From Ostreococcus lucimarinus (taxonomy: Eukaryota), in the NCBI GenBank assembly GCA_000092065.1, contig CP000584.1: a stretch of 64,000 bases of DNA. One strand, written 5' to 3'. The position numbers and the translations under genes were made by a program. The notes under the pieces were generated by a model that saw only the letters and a list, made by a program, of their open reading frames with translations, made no database searches and was not told where the DNA came from. The first letter of the stretch is position 1, and every line of letters begins with the position of its first letter. Shown one piece after another: positions 19,628-28,497 of the stretch.

Positions 19628-20605
19628 TCACTGATACACCCCTACCTCAGCCGCGCGAATCACGCGTTCGTGGAGCGAGTATCCCGTCTTCGTCACCGCC
19701 GCCACCGTGCCCGCTTTAGCGTCGGAACCTTCGGGTATAGGGACATTAAAAAGAGCCATGTGCGAATTGGCGTCGAATTCTTCGCCTTCGGGGTTGAACT
19801 TTGTGACACCATGCTTTTTAAATGCCGACAACAGCGTCTTCTCGGTCATCACCACGCCCTCATGAAAGCTCTTGAGCTTTGTCTTCACCTTCTCCACGTC
19901 GTTTTCATCGTCGTCTACGGTCACCGTGGCGATGGCGCGATCGAGATTATCGGCGACGTCGAGTAAATCTTTGCAGAACCCCTGAATCGCAAACTTTTTC
20001 GCATCCTCGGCTTGACGACGCGTGCGTTCGCGCAAATTTTCCATCTCCGCCATGGTTCTCAGAATCCTATCCGTCAAATCAGCCACCTTGGCGTCCTTCT
20101 CCTCCAGCTCCCCGCGAAGTCGCGAGACTTCATCTTCGCCCTCTCCATCGCCCTCGGCGTCCTCCCCACTCTCGTCCTCCGCCGTCGTCTCGTCCTCCGG
20201 TTTTCCTTCACTCGCGAATCCACGCGCGCGCGCCCCTCCTCCGAACCCCTCCTTCCCGAGCGCCCGCGTCCACGCGCATCGCTCGCGCGCCGGCGTCTCC
20301 CACCCACCGCGCGCGCTCATCTCGCGTCTTCCCATCGCGCGATCGTCCATCGCGCGCGCGATCGTCCGCGTCGCGCCGCGCGTCGTCGTCGTCGTCGTCG
20401 TCCTCGTCGTCGTCGTCCCCATCGCGCCCATCGCGCGCGCGCCCCGCGCGAGCGCGCGTCGCGCGGCGCCGCCCGTCATCGTCGACGCGGTCGCGCGTTC
20501 CCTCGGCGCCGACGCGCGTCCGTCGCGCGCGTGTGCGGCGCGACGGACGACGGACGACGACGACGGACGATCGAATCGACCCGTCGGCACCGCCCGCCGA
20601 CCCAA
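19628..20605 (-). CDS. GRPE: GrpE nucleotide-exchange factor (organellar, with long R/T-rich presequence; true start uncertain)
   Basis: The C-terminal 190 aa (LRGELEEKDAKVADLTDRILRTMAEMENLRERTRRQAEDAKKFAIQGFCKDLLDVADNLDRA...GTVAAVTKTGYSLHERVIRAAEVGV) is a typical GrpE fold. Confidence 0.85.
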   Translation of the reverse strand: MGRRAVPTGRFDRPSSSSVVRRAAHARDGRASAPRERATASTMTGGAARRALARGARAMGAMGTTTTRTTTTTTTRGATRTIARAMDDRAMGRREMSARGGWETPARERCAWTRALGKEGFGGGARARGFASEGKPEDETTAEDESGEDAEGDGEGEDEVSRLRGELEEKDAKVADLTDRILRTMAEMENLRERTRRQAEDAKKFAIQGFCKDLLDVADNLDRAIATVTVDDDENDVEKVKTKLKSFHEGVVMTEKTLLSAFKKHGVTKFNPEGEEFDANSHMALFNVPIPEGSDAKAGTVAAVTKTGYSLHERVIRAAEVGVYQ

Positions 20606-20676
20606 ACCCTAGCCCTCGTGCGAAATCGCGATTCGGGGAGTCGAAACGACAGAACGAGGCCTCGAGGCTGGCGAGG

Positions 20677-21285
20677 ATGGCGACTTCGGTGGGCGCGGGG
20701 GGAAGGTGCGCGAGCCAGGGACGCGAGGGATGCACGTTTTCGAGTCGGTGCGGACATCGAGCCGCGCGAGGACCGCAGTGCACGGGCGTCGACCGCGGGG
20801 TGGCGTACTACGAGACGGCGTTGGAACGCCTGGGGGCGACGGGGTTCGCGCGCGTCGGCGTGGCTTCGCGGGAGGCGAATTTGGACGCTTCCGTGGGGGC
20901 GGACGCGCACGGGTACGCGTTCATTCAGAGAACAGGGAGCGTGGTGCACGATCGAGCGCCCGCGCCGTACGCGGACGCGCGCGTGAAGGAGGGCGACGTC
21001 GTCGGCGTTTGTCTAAATCTCGAGATTTCAGACGCGCAAAGTTGGTTCGCGAGGATTTCACGCCGACTACGACGGCGTGACTCATCGTACATCGAGTTTT
21101 ATCTCAATGGTTTGTCTCTCGGACGTGCGTTCGTAAACGAAATCACACCAGGTACGTACTATCCGTGCGTCTCGCTTTTCACGATGCCGCATCAGATTGA
21201 GCCGGCGACGGTTCGAATGAATTTCCACCCACCTTGGATCGCGCCGCCAAAGTCGCAGCTCCAGCACCGTGGGTTCGGCGAATGA
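20677..21285 (+). CDS. SPRY (B30.2)-domain protein
   Basis: ATG at 20677 within the long GC-driven ORF 19879..21285. The C-terminal 150 aa (GYAFIQRTGSVVHDRAPAPYADARVKEGDVVGVCLNLEISDAQ...YIEFYLNGLSLGRAFVNEITPGTYYPCVSLFTMPHQIEPATVRMNF) matches the SPRY consensus. Confidence 0.6.
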   Translation: MATSVGAGGRCASQGREGCTFSSRCGHRAARGPQCTGVDRGVAYYETALERLGATGFARVGVASREANLDASVGADAHGYAFIQRTGSVVHDRAPAPYADARVKEGDVVGVCLNLEISDAQSWFARISRRLRRRDSSYIEFYLNGLSLGRAFVNEITPGTYYPCVSLFTMPHQIEPATVRMNFHPPWIAPPKSQLQHRGFGE

Positions 21286-21330
21286 TACACAGCGCTCAAT
21301 GCATCGATAATTACATTTCCTCCAAAGAGT

Positions 21331-22689
21331 CTAAAAAGAATACACCTTCGACGTCTGCTTCTCTTCGGCGAAACGTCGAGCGAATCGCTCGTTTCGTTCG
21401 ACGTCGACATCGACAAATGCAGACGATACGTCTCCGTCGCCTAATCTGGATTTTCGTTCGCTAATTTGAGCCTCTAGTTCTGCCCGATGTCGGAGACTCG
21501 CTTCGGTCGCCATGCGAAGCTTCTCGTCGAGTTGACGCCTCGCGAGCTCCATGTCTTCCTCGTTTGCCCTGCGCCACGCGAGCTCTTCCTCCTTCTCCGC
21601 GCGCTTCTTCGCCTCGGCCTCGGCGATTTGTTGGCGACGACCATCAATCACATCCTTCATCAACTGTTCTCTTTGATGTGCTTCAAGTTCTTCGCGCGCT
21701 CGCAATTTTCTTTCGTGCTCCAGTCGCGCCTCCTCGACAGCCACGTCGTCTATTTCTTTGTTCGCGCGCTTCTCTGAAGTGAGCTCCTCTAGATACTTTC
21801 GGAAGAGGATCTCTTCCTCGCGTCGCCGAGCGACGAGCTCGGCGTGCTCTTTGGCATGTATGCGCTCCTCTTCCATCGCGTTTTCAACCAATCGAGCGTC
21901 GCACGCCCGTTCCTCCTCGAGCGCCGCCAACGACTCCAACTGCCGCTCTGCGTTCGAGCGAAGCAAGTCCGCGTGGACTTGGCGCTGCCTGAGCGCTTCC
22001 TCCCGCTGATTCGCGGCGTCGATCGTATTTTCTTGTTCCCATCGCGCGTTCAGTTGCGCCCGTTCGTAACGTCGCTCCTCTAAGCTTGCGAGTCTGTCAT
22101 GCTCTCGCGACGACATTTGCTCAAAGAGCGCGCGCGAATGCGCTTCTCGCGCCGCTTTCAACGCCGCATCTCGTTCATCGATGCGCGCCGAATCCTCCGC
22201 GCGAAGCGCGGAAATCGTTGCATTTATTTTTTTCTCGCGCTCGGCGTGTTCCACCGCAAGGCGCCTTCGCTCTTCAACCTGCGCTTGTCGACCCATTTGC
22301 ACTTCATTCGCCAAAGCCGCGCGAGCGCCGTCGCGCGCCGTCTTGTTTGACTCTTTCCACTTTTTGTAAGTCATCTCCTCCACGTGCTGTTTCCGCTCCT
22401 CCTCGCGCTTGGCCAACAATTCGCGCGCGCGCGCCTCCAATTCCATCCGTCGCGCCGCCGCGCTGACGCGTTTTCCCGCCATCTCTTCCTCGTATCGCGC
22501 CTCCTCGCTCGCCAGTTTGACTCGAAGCGCGTCTCTTCGCCGCGTCAGCGCCGCCGCCCGCTCCCGCGCTCTTCGTTCGTGTTCTCGCGCCTCGATCGAT
22601 CGCGTCTCCGCCTCCGGCGCTCTCGATCGCCAATTCACGTCTTCCTGTCGCTCTCGCAGCGCCTGGGTCGCACAAACAAAAATCCACAT
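21331..22689 (-). CDS. E/R/A-rich coiled-coil protein (trichoplein/trichohyalin-like, function unknown)
   Basis: 452-aa ORF of almost continuous charged heptad repeats (EERRRLAVEHAEREKK..., LRAREELEAHQREQL...). Confidence 0.5.
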   Translation of the reverse strand: MWIFVCATQALRERQEDVNWRSRAPEAETRSIEAREHERRARERAAALTRRRDALRVKLASEEARYEEEMAGKRVSAAARRMELEARARELLAKREEERKQHVEEMTYKKWKESNKTARDGARAALANEVQMGRQAQVEERRRLAVEHAEREKKINATISALRAEDSARIDERDAALKAAREAHSRALFEQMSSREHDRLASLEERRYERAQLNARWEQENTIDAANQREEALRQRQVHADLLRSNAERQLESLAALEEERACDARLVENAMEEERIHAKEHAELVARRREEEILFRKYLEELTSEKRANKEIDDVAVEEARLEHERKLRAREELEAHQREQLMKDVIDGRRQQIAEAEAKKRAEKEEELAWRRANEEDMELARRQLDEKLRMATEASLRHRAELEAQISERKSRLGDGDVSSAFVDVDVERNERFARRFAEEKQTSKVYSF

Positions 22690-22981
22690 TCGTCACTCCG
22701 GTTCGTTCGCCTCGCGCTAAGTTTAAACTGCAGTCAACGCGCGCGTGGCTGCTGATTGATTTGATTCATTCGCGTCGTCGTCCGTCGTCTCGTCGTCTGT
22801 CGATTTGGTCGCACCTCGGCGTATTCGCATCGCGCTTCGTGTTCTCTCTCGCGTCGTCGCATCCGCGCCGCGTCCTCTTCCGCGTGCGTCGGCATCGGGT
22901 CCACGTCTTTCTTCCTCGCACCGCCTCGCGTCGCGCACTGTCGCGCATCGCGACATCGCGACGTCGAATCGCGGAGACGCG

Positions 22982-24490
22982 ATGACGACGCTCGCGGACT
23001 CGTTCCTGGCGGATCTGGACGATCTGAGCGACGACGACGCGCGCGACGGCGACGACGACGCGCGCGCGCGCGCGAACGCGAACGCGAACGATGCGACGGC
23101 GCGCGCGGGGACGACGGCGGCGGCGCGCGCGGAGGATTTGGACGACGTGGCGACGCTGACGACGACGGAGAGGTATCTCAGGGTGACGCGCGCGGTGGAC
23201 GAAGCGATGGAAAGGGATGGGATGGACGGCGCGACGACGACGGCGTCGGGAAAGCGCGCGGGGGCGATCGACGAGGGCGCGGAGGCGCTCGTGGTGGAGT
23301 GCAACGCGCTCACGGTGGAGGTGGACAACGAAGTCGCCGTCGTGCATCAGTACATTAAAGACAGGTATAAGAGTAAATTCCCAGAGTTAGAGTCCTTGGT
23401 GCTGCATCCGATCGATTACGCGCGAGTGGTGAAGGCGATCGGGAACGAGATGGACATGATGGGGGTGGAATTGGACGGCGTGTTGCCGTCGGCGACCATC
23501 ATGGTGGTGAGCGTCACGGGATCGACGACGTCTGGACAACCGCTGAGCGAGAGCGATTTGGAGAAGACTTTACGCGCGTGTGATCGAGCGTTAGAGCTCG
23601 ATGAGGCGAAAAAGAAGATGTTCAACTACGTCGCCACGCGCATGGCGGACACGGCGCCAAATTTGAGCGCAGTATTGGGAAGCGACATCGCGGCGCAGCT
23701 CATCGGCATCGCCGGCGGCTTGCACGCTCTGTCGAAAATGCCGGCTTGTAACGTCCAAGTTTTGGGGTCTAAGAAGAAGGCGACCGCGGGCATGTCGAGT
23801 GCATCGGCTGTGCGAGCGGGAGATTTGCACGCTGGCTTCATTTACGACTGCGACATTATCCAAAAGAAGACGCCGCCCGCGTGGCGAAGCAAGGCGGCTC
23901 GTCTGATTGGCGCAAAGTGTTCGCTTATGGCGCGCGTCGATGCGTACGGGGAGTCCCCGGACGGTGCCACTGGGAAGAAGTTTGCCGAAGAAATCATGAA
24001 AAAAATTGAAAAGTGGCAGGAGCCGCCTCCCGCGCGAACGGCGAAACCTTTACCCGCGCCTGGAGTCGAGCAAAAGAAACGCCGAGGCGGTCGCCGCGCG
24101 AGAGCGCTCAAGGAAAGATACGGTCTCACGGACATGCGCAAGGCGGCGAATCGCGTGAATTTCAACGAAGTCGAAGAAGAGGTGGGATACGATGGCGAAG
24201 GTCTCGGCACGCTGGGTTCCGCCGCGGGCTCCGCCGCCGTCGCCGGCAGAATGCGACTCGCCGCGAAGGCGGCCAAGCTCATCAAGACGGATAACAAGGG
24301 CGGAAAATCCACGTTTGCTAGCACGGCTGGGACGTCCGGGATGGCATCTAGCCTGGCTTTCACGCCGGTCCAAGGAATTGAACTCGTAAATCCGAACAGA
24401 ACGGCATCGGATGGTCCAGTCTCTGGCACCGACAGCGTCTTCTCCGAGCGCCGCGGCTTTTCAAACGTCGCGCGACAGCTCAAGCGATAA
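22982..24490 (+). CDS. PRP31: U4/U6 snRNP protein PRP31 (Nop domain)
   Basis: MTTLADSFLADLDDLSDDD N-terminus, a Nop-domain core (FNYVATRMADTAPNLSAVLGSDIAAQLIGIAGGLHALSKMPACNVQVLG), and a C-terminal KKRRGGRRARALKERYGLTDMRKAANRVNF motif. Confidence 0.9.
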   Translation: MTTLADSFLADLDDLSDDDARDGDDDARARANANANDATARAGTTAAARAEDLDDVATLTTTERYLRVTRAVDEAMERDGMDGATTTASGKRAGAIDEGAEALVVECNALTVEVDNEVAVVHQYIKDRYKSKFPELESLVLHPIDYARVVKAIGNEMDMMGVELDGVLPSATIMVVSVTGSTTSGQPLSESDLEKTLRACDRALELDEAKKKMFNYVATRMADTAPNLSAVLGSDIAAQLIGIAGGLHALSKMPACNVQVLGSKKKATAGMSSASAVRAGDLHAGFIYDCDIIQKKTPPAWRSKAARLIGAKCSLMARVDAYGESPDGATGKKFAEEIMKKIEKWQEPPPARTAKPLPAPGVEQKKRRGGRRARALKERYGLTDMRKAANRVNFNEVEEEVGYDGEGLGTLGSAAGSAAVAGRMRLAAKAAKLIKTDNKGGKSTFASTAGTSGMASSLAFTPVQGIELVNPNRTASDGPVSGTDSVFSERRGFSNVARQLKR

Positions 24491-24570
24491 CGAACGCACA
24501 GAGGATTACGCCTAGAGAATTGATGAATACAAAAATACAAATTCTAGTCGTCGGATGCGCCTGATATGAT

Positions 24571-24620
24571 ATCGGCGTCGTCGCAGAGCTCGCGCTCCCG
24601 GCGCGACGACGCGTCACGGC
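24571..24620 (-). other. Candidate SECIS element in the SelM 3' UTR, 45-90 nt downstream of the stop: GUGA-C-[10-bp helix GCGUCGUCGC/GCGACGACGC]-unpaired CC-[5-bp helix + GCGA tetraloop]-C-GA-U
   Basis: Minus-strand reading of 24571..24620 gives GTGACGCGTCGTCGCGCCGGGAGCGCGAGCTCTGCGACGACGCCGAT. A UGA/GA non-Watson-Crick quartet is possible; 12 nt separate the UGA from an unpaired CC, as in the CC-type SECIS reported for mammalian SelM. The first quartet base is G rather than A. Confidence 0.4.
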
Positions 24621-24662
24621 TCGGCGCGTTCCGCGCGACTCGTTTCCATCCCCGCGTCGCGG

Positions 24663-25085
24663 TTAAAGCTCCACGCGCGCGGTTTCCCTCTCCTGCCCCG
24701 GTCTATAAAAGCCTCGCTCGTTCAAATACGTCTCCACGCGCTCCACCGTCCACTCGCTCGTCAGTTTCGCCGTCTCCACGTTGTTCCCGCGTTCGTCTTG
24801 CATGTGCAGCGACGGCGGGTGTCCCGGCGTCCACGTCACGCCCACGCGTTCGCCGTACCCCCCGACCTCGACGACTTCCTTCAGGAACGTCTTGATCTCC
24901 GGGAGGCGGTTCAATTTTCATCCCGGGCACGATTGGAATTGCGCCCGCGCGAACGCGCCTTCGCCCGCGGTCCCGCGCGCGACGCGCGCGAGCGCGACGC
25001 ACGCGGCGACGACGCGCGCGGCGACGACGCGACGCGCGGGACGACGACGCGTCGTCGTTCGCGTCGTCGTCGCCGTCGACGTCAT
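24663..25085 (-). CDS. SELM: Selenoprotein M / Sep15-family thioredoxin-like selenoprotein. An in-frame TGA (Sec) sits at 24918..24920 within a CPGU redox motif. The true start may lie upstream of the ATG at 25085
   Basis: The ORF track splits this into 24918..25343(-) ending ...FARAQFQSCPG and 24663..24914(-) beginning (L)NRLPEIKTFLKEVV. Joined across the TGA, the sequence reads CPGU-KLNRLPEIKTFLKEVV...HMQDERGNNVETAKLTSEWTVERVETYLNERGF. This parallels mammalian SelM (CGGU-QLNRLKEVKAFV...) and the Sep15 C-terminus. Confidence 0.8.
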
Positions 25086-25201
25086 CGCCGAACGCGCGAC
25101 GCGCGATGTCGCATCGTCGCGACGTCGACGTCCCGCAGACGCTCGAGCGCGCGTTATCCGCATCGGCGTCGCGGCATCGCGCGACGCGGACGCGAGGTGC
25201 G

Positions 25202-25232
25202 ATGATGCGCGCGACGACGACGACGACGACAG

Positions 25233-25265
<33 letters not shown>

Positions 25266-25573
25266 CGAAGACGCGCGCGACCACGCGCGCGACGCGACGC
25301 GCGCACGTCGCGCGCGCGAACGCATCGCCCGACGGGGACGCAACCAAAGCCGCGTGCGCGGGGTCGTGCGACTCGTGCGGGCTGGCGAAGGAGAAGATGC
25401 AGTGCGATGGGAGCGGGCGAATCCAGGGCGGGATGGGGGCGATCCCGCTGTTCGCGTGGTGGCCGATCAAGGCGTACAGACCGTGCCCGGGATTGATCGA
25501 TAACGGGGGGGTGTACACGCGAAAAGGCCAAGACGTGAACGCGATTTTGTGGGGGGAATCGGGGAAGGATTAA
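25202..25573 (+). CDS. Small Cys-rich protein with a poly-Thr presequence (C..C..CG......C.GSG zinc-finger-like motif), function unknown
   Basis: ORF 25106..25573. MMRATTTTTTATTTTTTTTTRAKTRATTRATRRAHVARA is followed by KAACAGSCDSCGLAKEKMQCDGSGRIQGGMGAIPLFAWWPIKAYRPCPGL. Confidence 0.4.
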
Positions 25574-25649
25574 TCGTGTTTTGCCTAGGGAACTATCGTG
25601 TTACAACAACAACAACATCGACAAGATATATCGCTAATGTATCGCTAAT

Positions 25650-27341
25650 TTAAAGCTGCGCGTTTTCGTCGTCTCCGATCGCTGCGGAGTCGACGTCGCC
25701 TTGTTCCACGAGACGCGCGAAGCCGACGTCTCGCGCGCCGGCGCGACCGGCGCCGCCCATGTTTTGTCGAGCCGCACCCGCCAATGATTCCTCTATCACG
25801 ATCCCTTGAGTCTCGGGTAATGTAAGCGTTGTTAAGCACGCTGATGCGGCGACGAGACCGAGAACGACGGGAGGAATCGCCGCACTGATAGTTTGCGCGA
25901 GAATAATCCCAGGCGCGATGATACCGCCGACGCGAGCGGCGAGCGAACACGTTCCCAGGCAAGCCGATCGTACGATGGTGGGAAACAACTCAGTGGTGTA
26001 CAAGTAAATCATGTTGAACGATCCAGCGATTCCGAACCGCCCAATCATCGACACGAAAACCTGAGACGAACCGCTAAACATCGAGCTCGAGAAAACACCC
26101 ACGGCGGCGGTCCCCATAAGCACGAGCAGCGTCATTCTTCGTCCGAGTCTGTCGACGTATATTTGCGCAAAAACGTGCGAAGGAAACTCAACGATGCCAC
26201 TGATGAACGTGTTCATGTATACCGACCCACTCAAAGCATCAACGTTGAGTGATAACCCGTAATACACCATACTCGTGACGCAGAAAATGTACGCCATGGC
26301 GACGAGTCGCTGTCGCAACACCGGATACGGGAGCACCGCGGTGACGTTCAAACCTTTCACCACGCGAGTTTGCTTCAGCGGCGGCAGTCGACCAGTAAAT
26401 TTCGGGTTCCCTCTTGCGAGGTGAGTCATCACTTCGTGTGCCTTGTCAGCCTTCCCAGTTGCCAAATACCAACGAGGAGACTCCCACAGAAATTTGGACG
26501 ATAGCGCGACGTACGCCAATCCGCTGAGTCCACAAAATGTGGAAAAATTCCTCCACTTTGGCATCGTATACGCCACCGGGGCCATCAGCGCGATCCCTCC
26601 GGACCAAAAGTATTGCGTTGAGATCCCAAGGACGGCTCGCCACTTTATTCCGAGCACCTCAGTGCACAGGACGTAGCTCGCCACGCCGAGCCCGCCGCAA
26701 CCGAATCCACGCAGCATCGTGCACCAAAAGTACGTCCAGTAACCACCCGCCATCGCCCCGAGCATAGCGCCCGCGCTCGCCAACGCGGTGGAGACGTATA
26801 GGCCGAATATGCGCCCTTTGCTATCGGCGATCTGGCCCAAAATTCCAGCCCCCATCAAGAAACCGACAAAGAAAATAGAATTCGCGAGTTGCACCTTGTA
26901 CTCGTGCGCGCACACCAAGTCCCACTCCGATACGATTGAACTCTTCGCGTCTACCCACGTCCAGAGCTCTCTGTCCATGGCGCATATATTTAATAATTTT
27001 CCACTGTCCCCGTCCAAGCATCCGTTCTCCGTCGCGCACTTCCAATCAACCTCGCGCGCCGTGAACACCGACGTCAGCGTGAGAAACGCCGCCGGGAGCC
27101 ACGCGACGGAGCTCAGCGCGAACTGCGCGAGCTGCGTGTGATTCGCCTGTCCGATGCGTTCGTCGAACAATTCATCAATCGTGCGTTCGTTTCCCTCGTC
27201 ACCGCAACCACCGTCGTCGTCGTTCGCGAGCGTCGTCCCCGCGCCCTCGTCGTCGCGTCCTCGTCGTCGCTCCGCCGCGTCCGCGTCCCACGTCGCCGCG
27301 ACGTCGAGCTCGACGTCGACGTCGTCGACGCTCGCGCGCAT
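25650..27341 (-). CDS. MFS transporter of the SLC22 organic cation/anion transporter family. The ORF extends to 27686, but the first plausible Met (MRASVDD) is at 27341
   Basis: A large extracellular loop after TM1, then LRGFGCGGLGVASYVLCTEVLGIKWRAVLGISTQYFWSGG...PESPRWYLATGKADKAHEV, typical of SLC22/OCT; 12 TM segments. Confidence 0.75.
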   Translation of the reverse strand: MRASVDDVDVELDVAATWDADAAERRRGRDDEGAGTTLANDDDGGCGDEGNERTIDELFDERIGQANHTQLAQFALSSVAWLPAAFLTLTSVFTAREVDWKCATENGCLDGDSGKLLNICAMDRELWTWVDAKSSIVSEWDLVCAHEYKVQLANSIFFVGFLMGAGILGQIADSKGRIFGLYVSTALASAGAMLGAMAGGYWTYFWCTMLRGFGCGGLGVASYVLCTEVLGIKWRAVLGISTQYFWSGGIALMAPVAYTMPKWRNFSTFCGLSGLAYVALSSKFLWESPRWYLATGKADKAHEVMTHLARGNPKFTGRLPPLKQTRVVKGLNVTAVLPYPVLRQRLVAMAYIFCVTSMVYYGLSLNVDALSGSVYMNTFISGIVEFPSHVFAQIYVDRLGRRMTLLVLMGTAAVGVFSSSMFSGSSQVFVSMIGRFGIAGSFNMIYLYTTELFPTIVRSACLGTCSLAARVGGIIAPGIILAQTISAAIPPVVLGLVAASACLTTLTLPETQGIVIEESLAGAARQNMGGAGRAGARDVGFARLVEQGDVDSAAIGDDENAQL

Positions 27342-27450
27342 CGTCGTCGTCGTCGTCGTCGTTCGCGTTATCGAGACGACGCGCGAATCGGGTCCCGGCA
27401 CGGCGACGCGACGCGTCGCGCGTTGACGCGCGCCGAGAAGATTTGATTGA

Positions 27451-27480
27451 TGGATTTCGATTTCGATTTCGATTTCGATG
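27451..27480. repeat. (GATTTC)5 hexanucleotide microsatellite in the divergent SLC22/SOD promoter region
   Basis: gatttcgatttcgatttcgatttcgatgtc read directly. Confidence 0.9.
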
Positions 27481-27597
27481 TCCGCCGTAACCGTCGCGAC
27501 CGCTGTGGGGGTAAAAGTAAAAAAGCGCGCGACGGCCCGATGACGCGACTTTTTACCGCACTCGACGACGGACGACGGACGACGACGGACGACGACG

Positions 27598-28293
27598 ATG
27601 TTGAGTCGAGCGGTGACGACGAGCGCGCGACGATGCCGCGCGTTGGCGTCGTCGCGCGCACCGACGCGCGCGTTCGTGAGCGCCAAGCTTCCCGATTTGG
27701 ACTACGACTTCAGCGCGCTCGAGCCGGTGATTTGCGCAGAGATCATGGAGATTCATCACCAAAAGCACCACAATACCTACGTCACGAACTTTAACATCGC
27801 GCAAGAGAAGTACGCGGAAGCGGAAGCGAAGGGTGATTACGCGGGGATGATCGCGATGCAGCCGGCGATCAAATTCAACGGCGGCGGACACGTGAACCAC
27901 GCGCTGTTCTGGAAGTGCCTGACGCCGCCGAAGGACTACGCGCTTCCCGAGGGCGAACTGCTGAAGATGATCGAGCGCGACTTTGGATCGTTAAACGCGA
28001 TGCAAGATAAATTTACGGCAGCCACAGTGGCCGTGCAAGGCTCTGGTTGGGGCTGGTTGGGCTACGACAAGGCGAACAAGAAGCTCGCCGTGACGACGAC
28101 GGCAAACCAAGACGTCTGCTTGAGCACGGGACTGACCCCGATCCTCGGTGTCGATACCTGGGAGCACGCTTACTATTTACAGTACAAGAATCTTCGCCCG
28201 GATTACGTCAAAAACCTGTGGAAGATCATCAACTGGAAGGTATGGGACATCGGCGAATCGAGGCGAACACACCAGGGCGCCGCGAAGCCGTAG
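27598..28293 (+). CDS. SOD2: Mn superoxide dismutase (Fe/Mn-SOD family) with mitochondrial presequence
   Basis: KLPDLDYDFSALEPVICAEIMEIHHQKHHNTYVTNFN...DTWEHAYYLQYKNLRPDYVKNLWKIINW. Confidence 0.9.
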   Translation: MLSRAVTTSARRCRALASSRAPTRAFVSAKLPDLDYDFSALEPVICAEIMEIHHQKHHNTYVTNFNIAQEKYAEAEAKGDYAGMIAMQPAIKFNGGGHVNHALFWKCLTPPKDYALPEGELLKMIERDFGSLNAMQDKFTAATVAVQGSGWGWLGYDKANKKLAVTTTANQDVCLSTGLTPILGVDTWEHAYYLQYKNLRPDYVKNLWKIINWKVWDIGESRRTHQGAAKP

Positions 28294-28497
28294 ACTGACG
28301 AAATCGCGACAACTTTTCTCATCCCTCGCAGAATGTCGGTGAAAACCTTAAGAGCGCAATGTAAACAAACTTAACAAAACATTTCCTCATAAATTACTCT
28401 TCTTTCATTATTATTGGCTTGCTTGTGCATCAATCAGGCTACGAGATACAGAGCGCGCTGATAAAATCTGTGTTGCTATGCTATGCGCGCCTCGACC

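Noticed and set aside
19879-21080. 468-aa ORF 19879..21285(+) and siblings (20012..20986+, 20208..20783-)
   Set aside because: Only the last about 200 codons (the SPRY gene from 20677) look like protein. The upstream part is the antisense of GrpE and is R/P/S-rich junk.
22700-23340. ORFs 22723..23328(-) and 22766..23347(-)
   Set aside because: Antisense of the PRP31 5' region, with poly-Asp/Arg low complexity.
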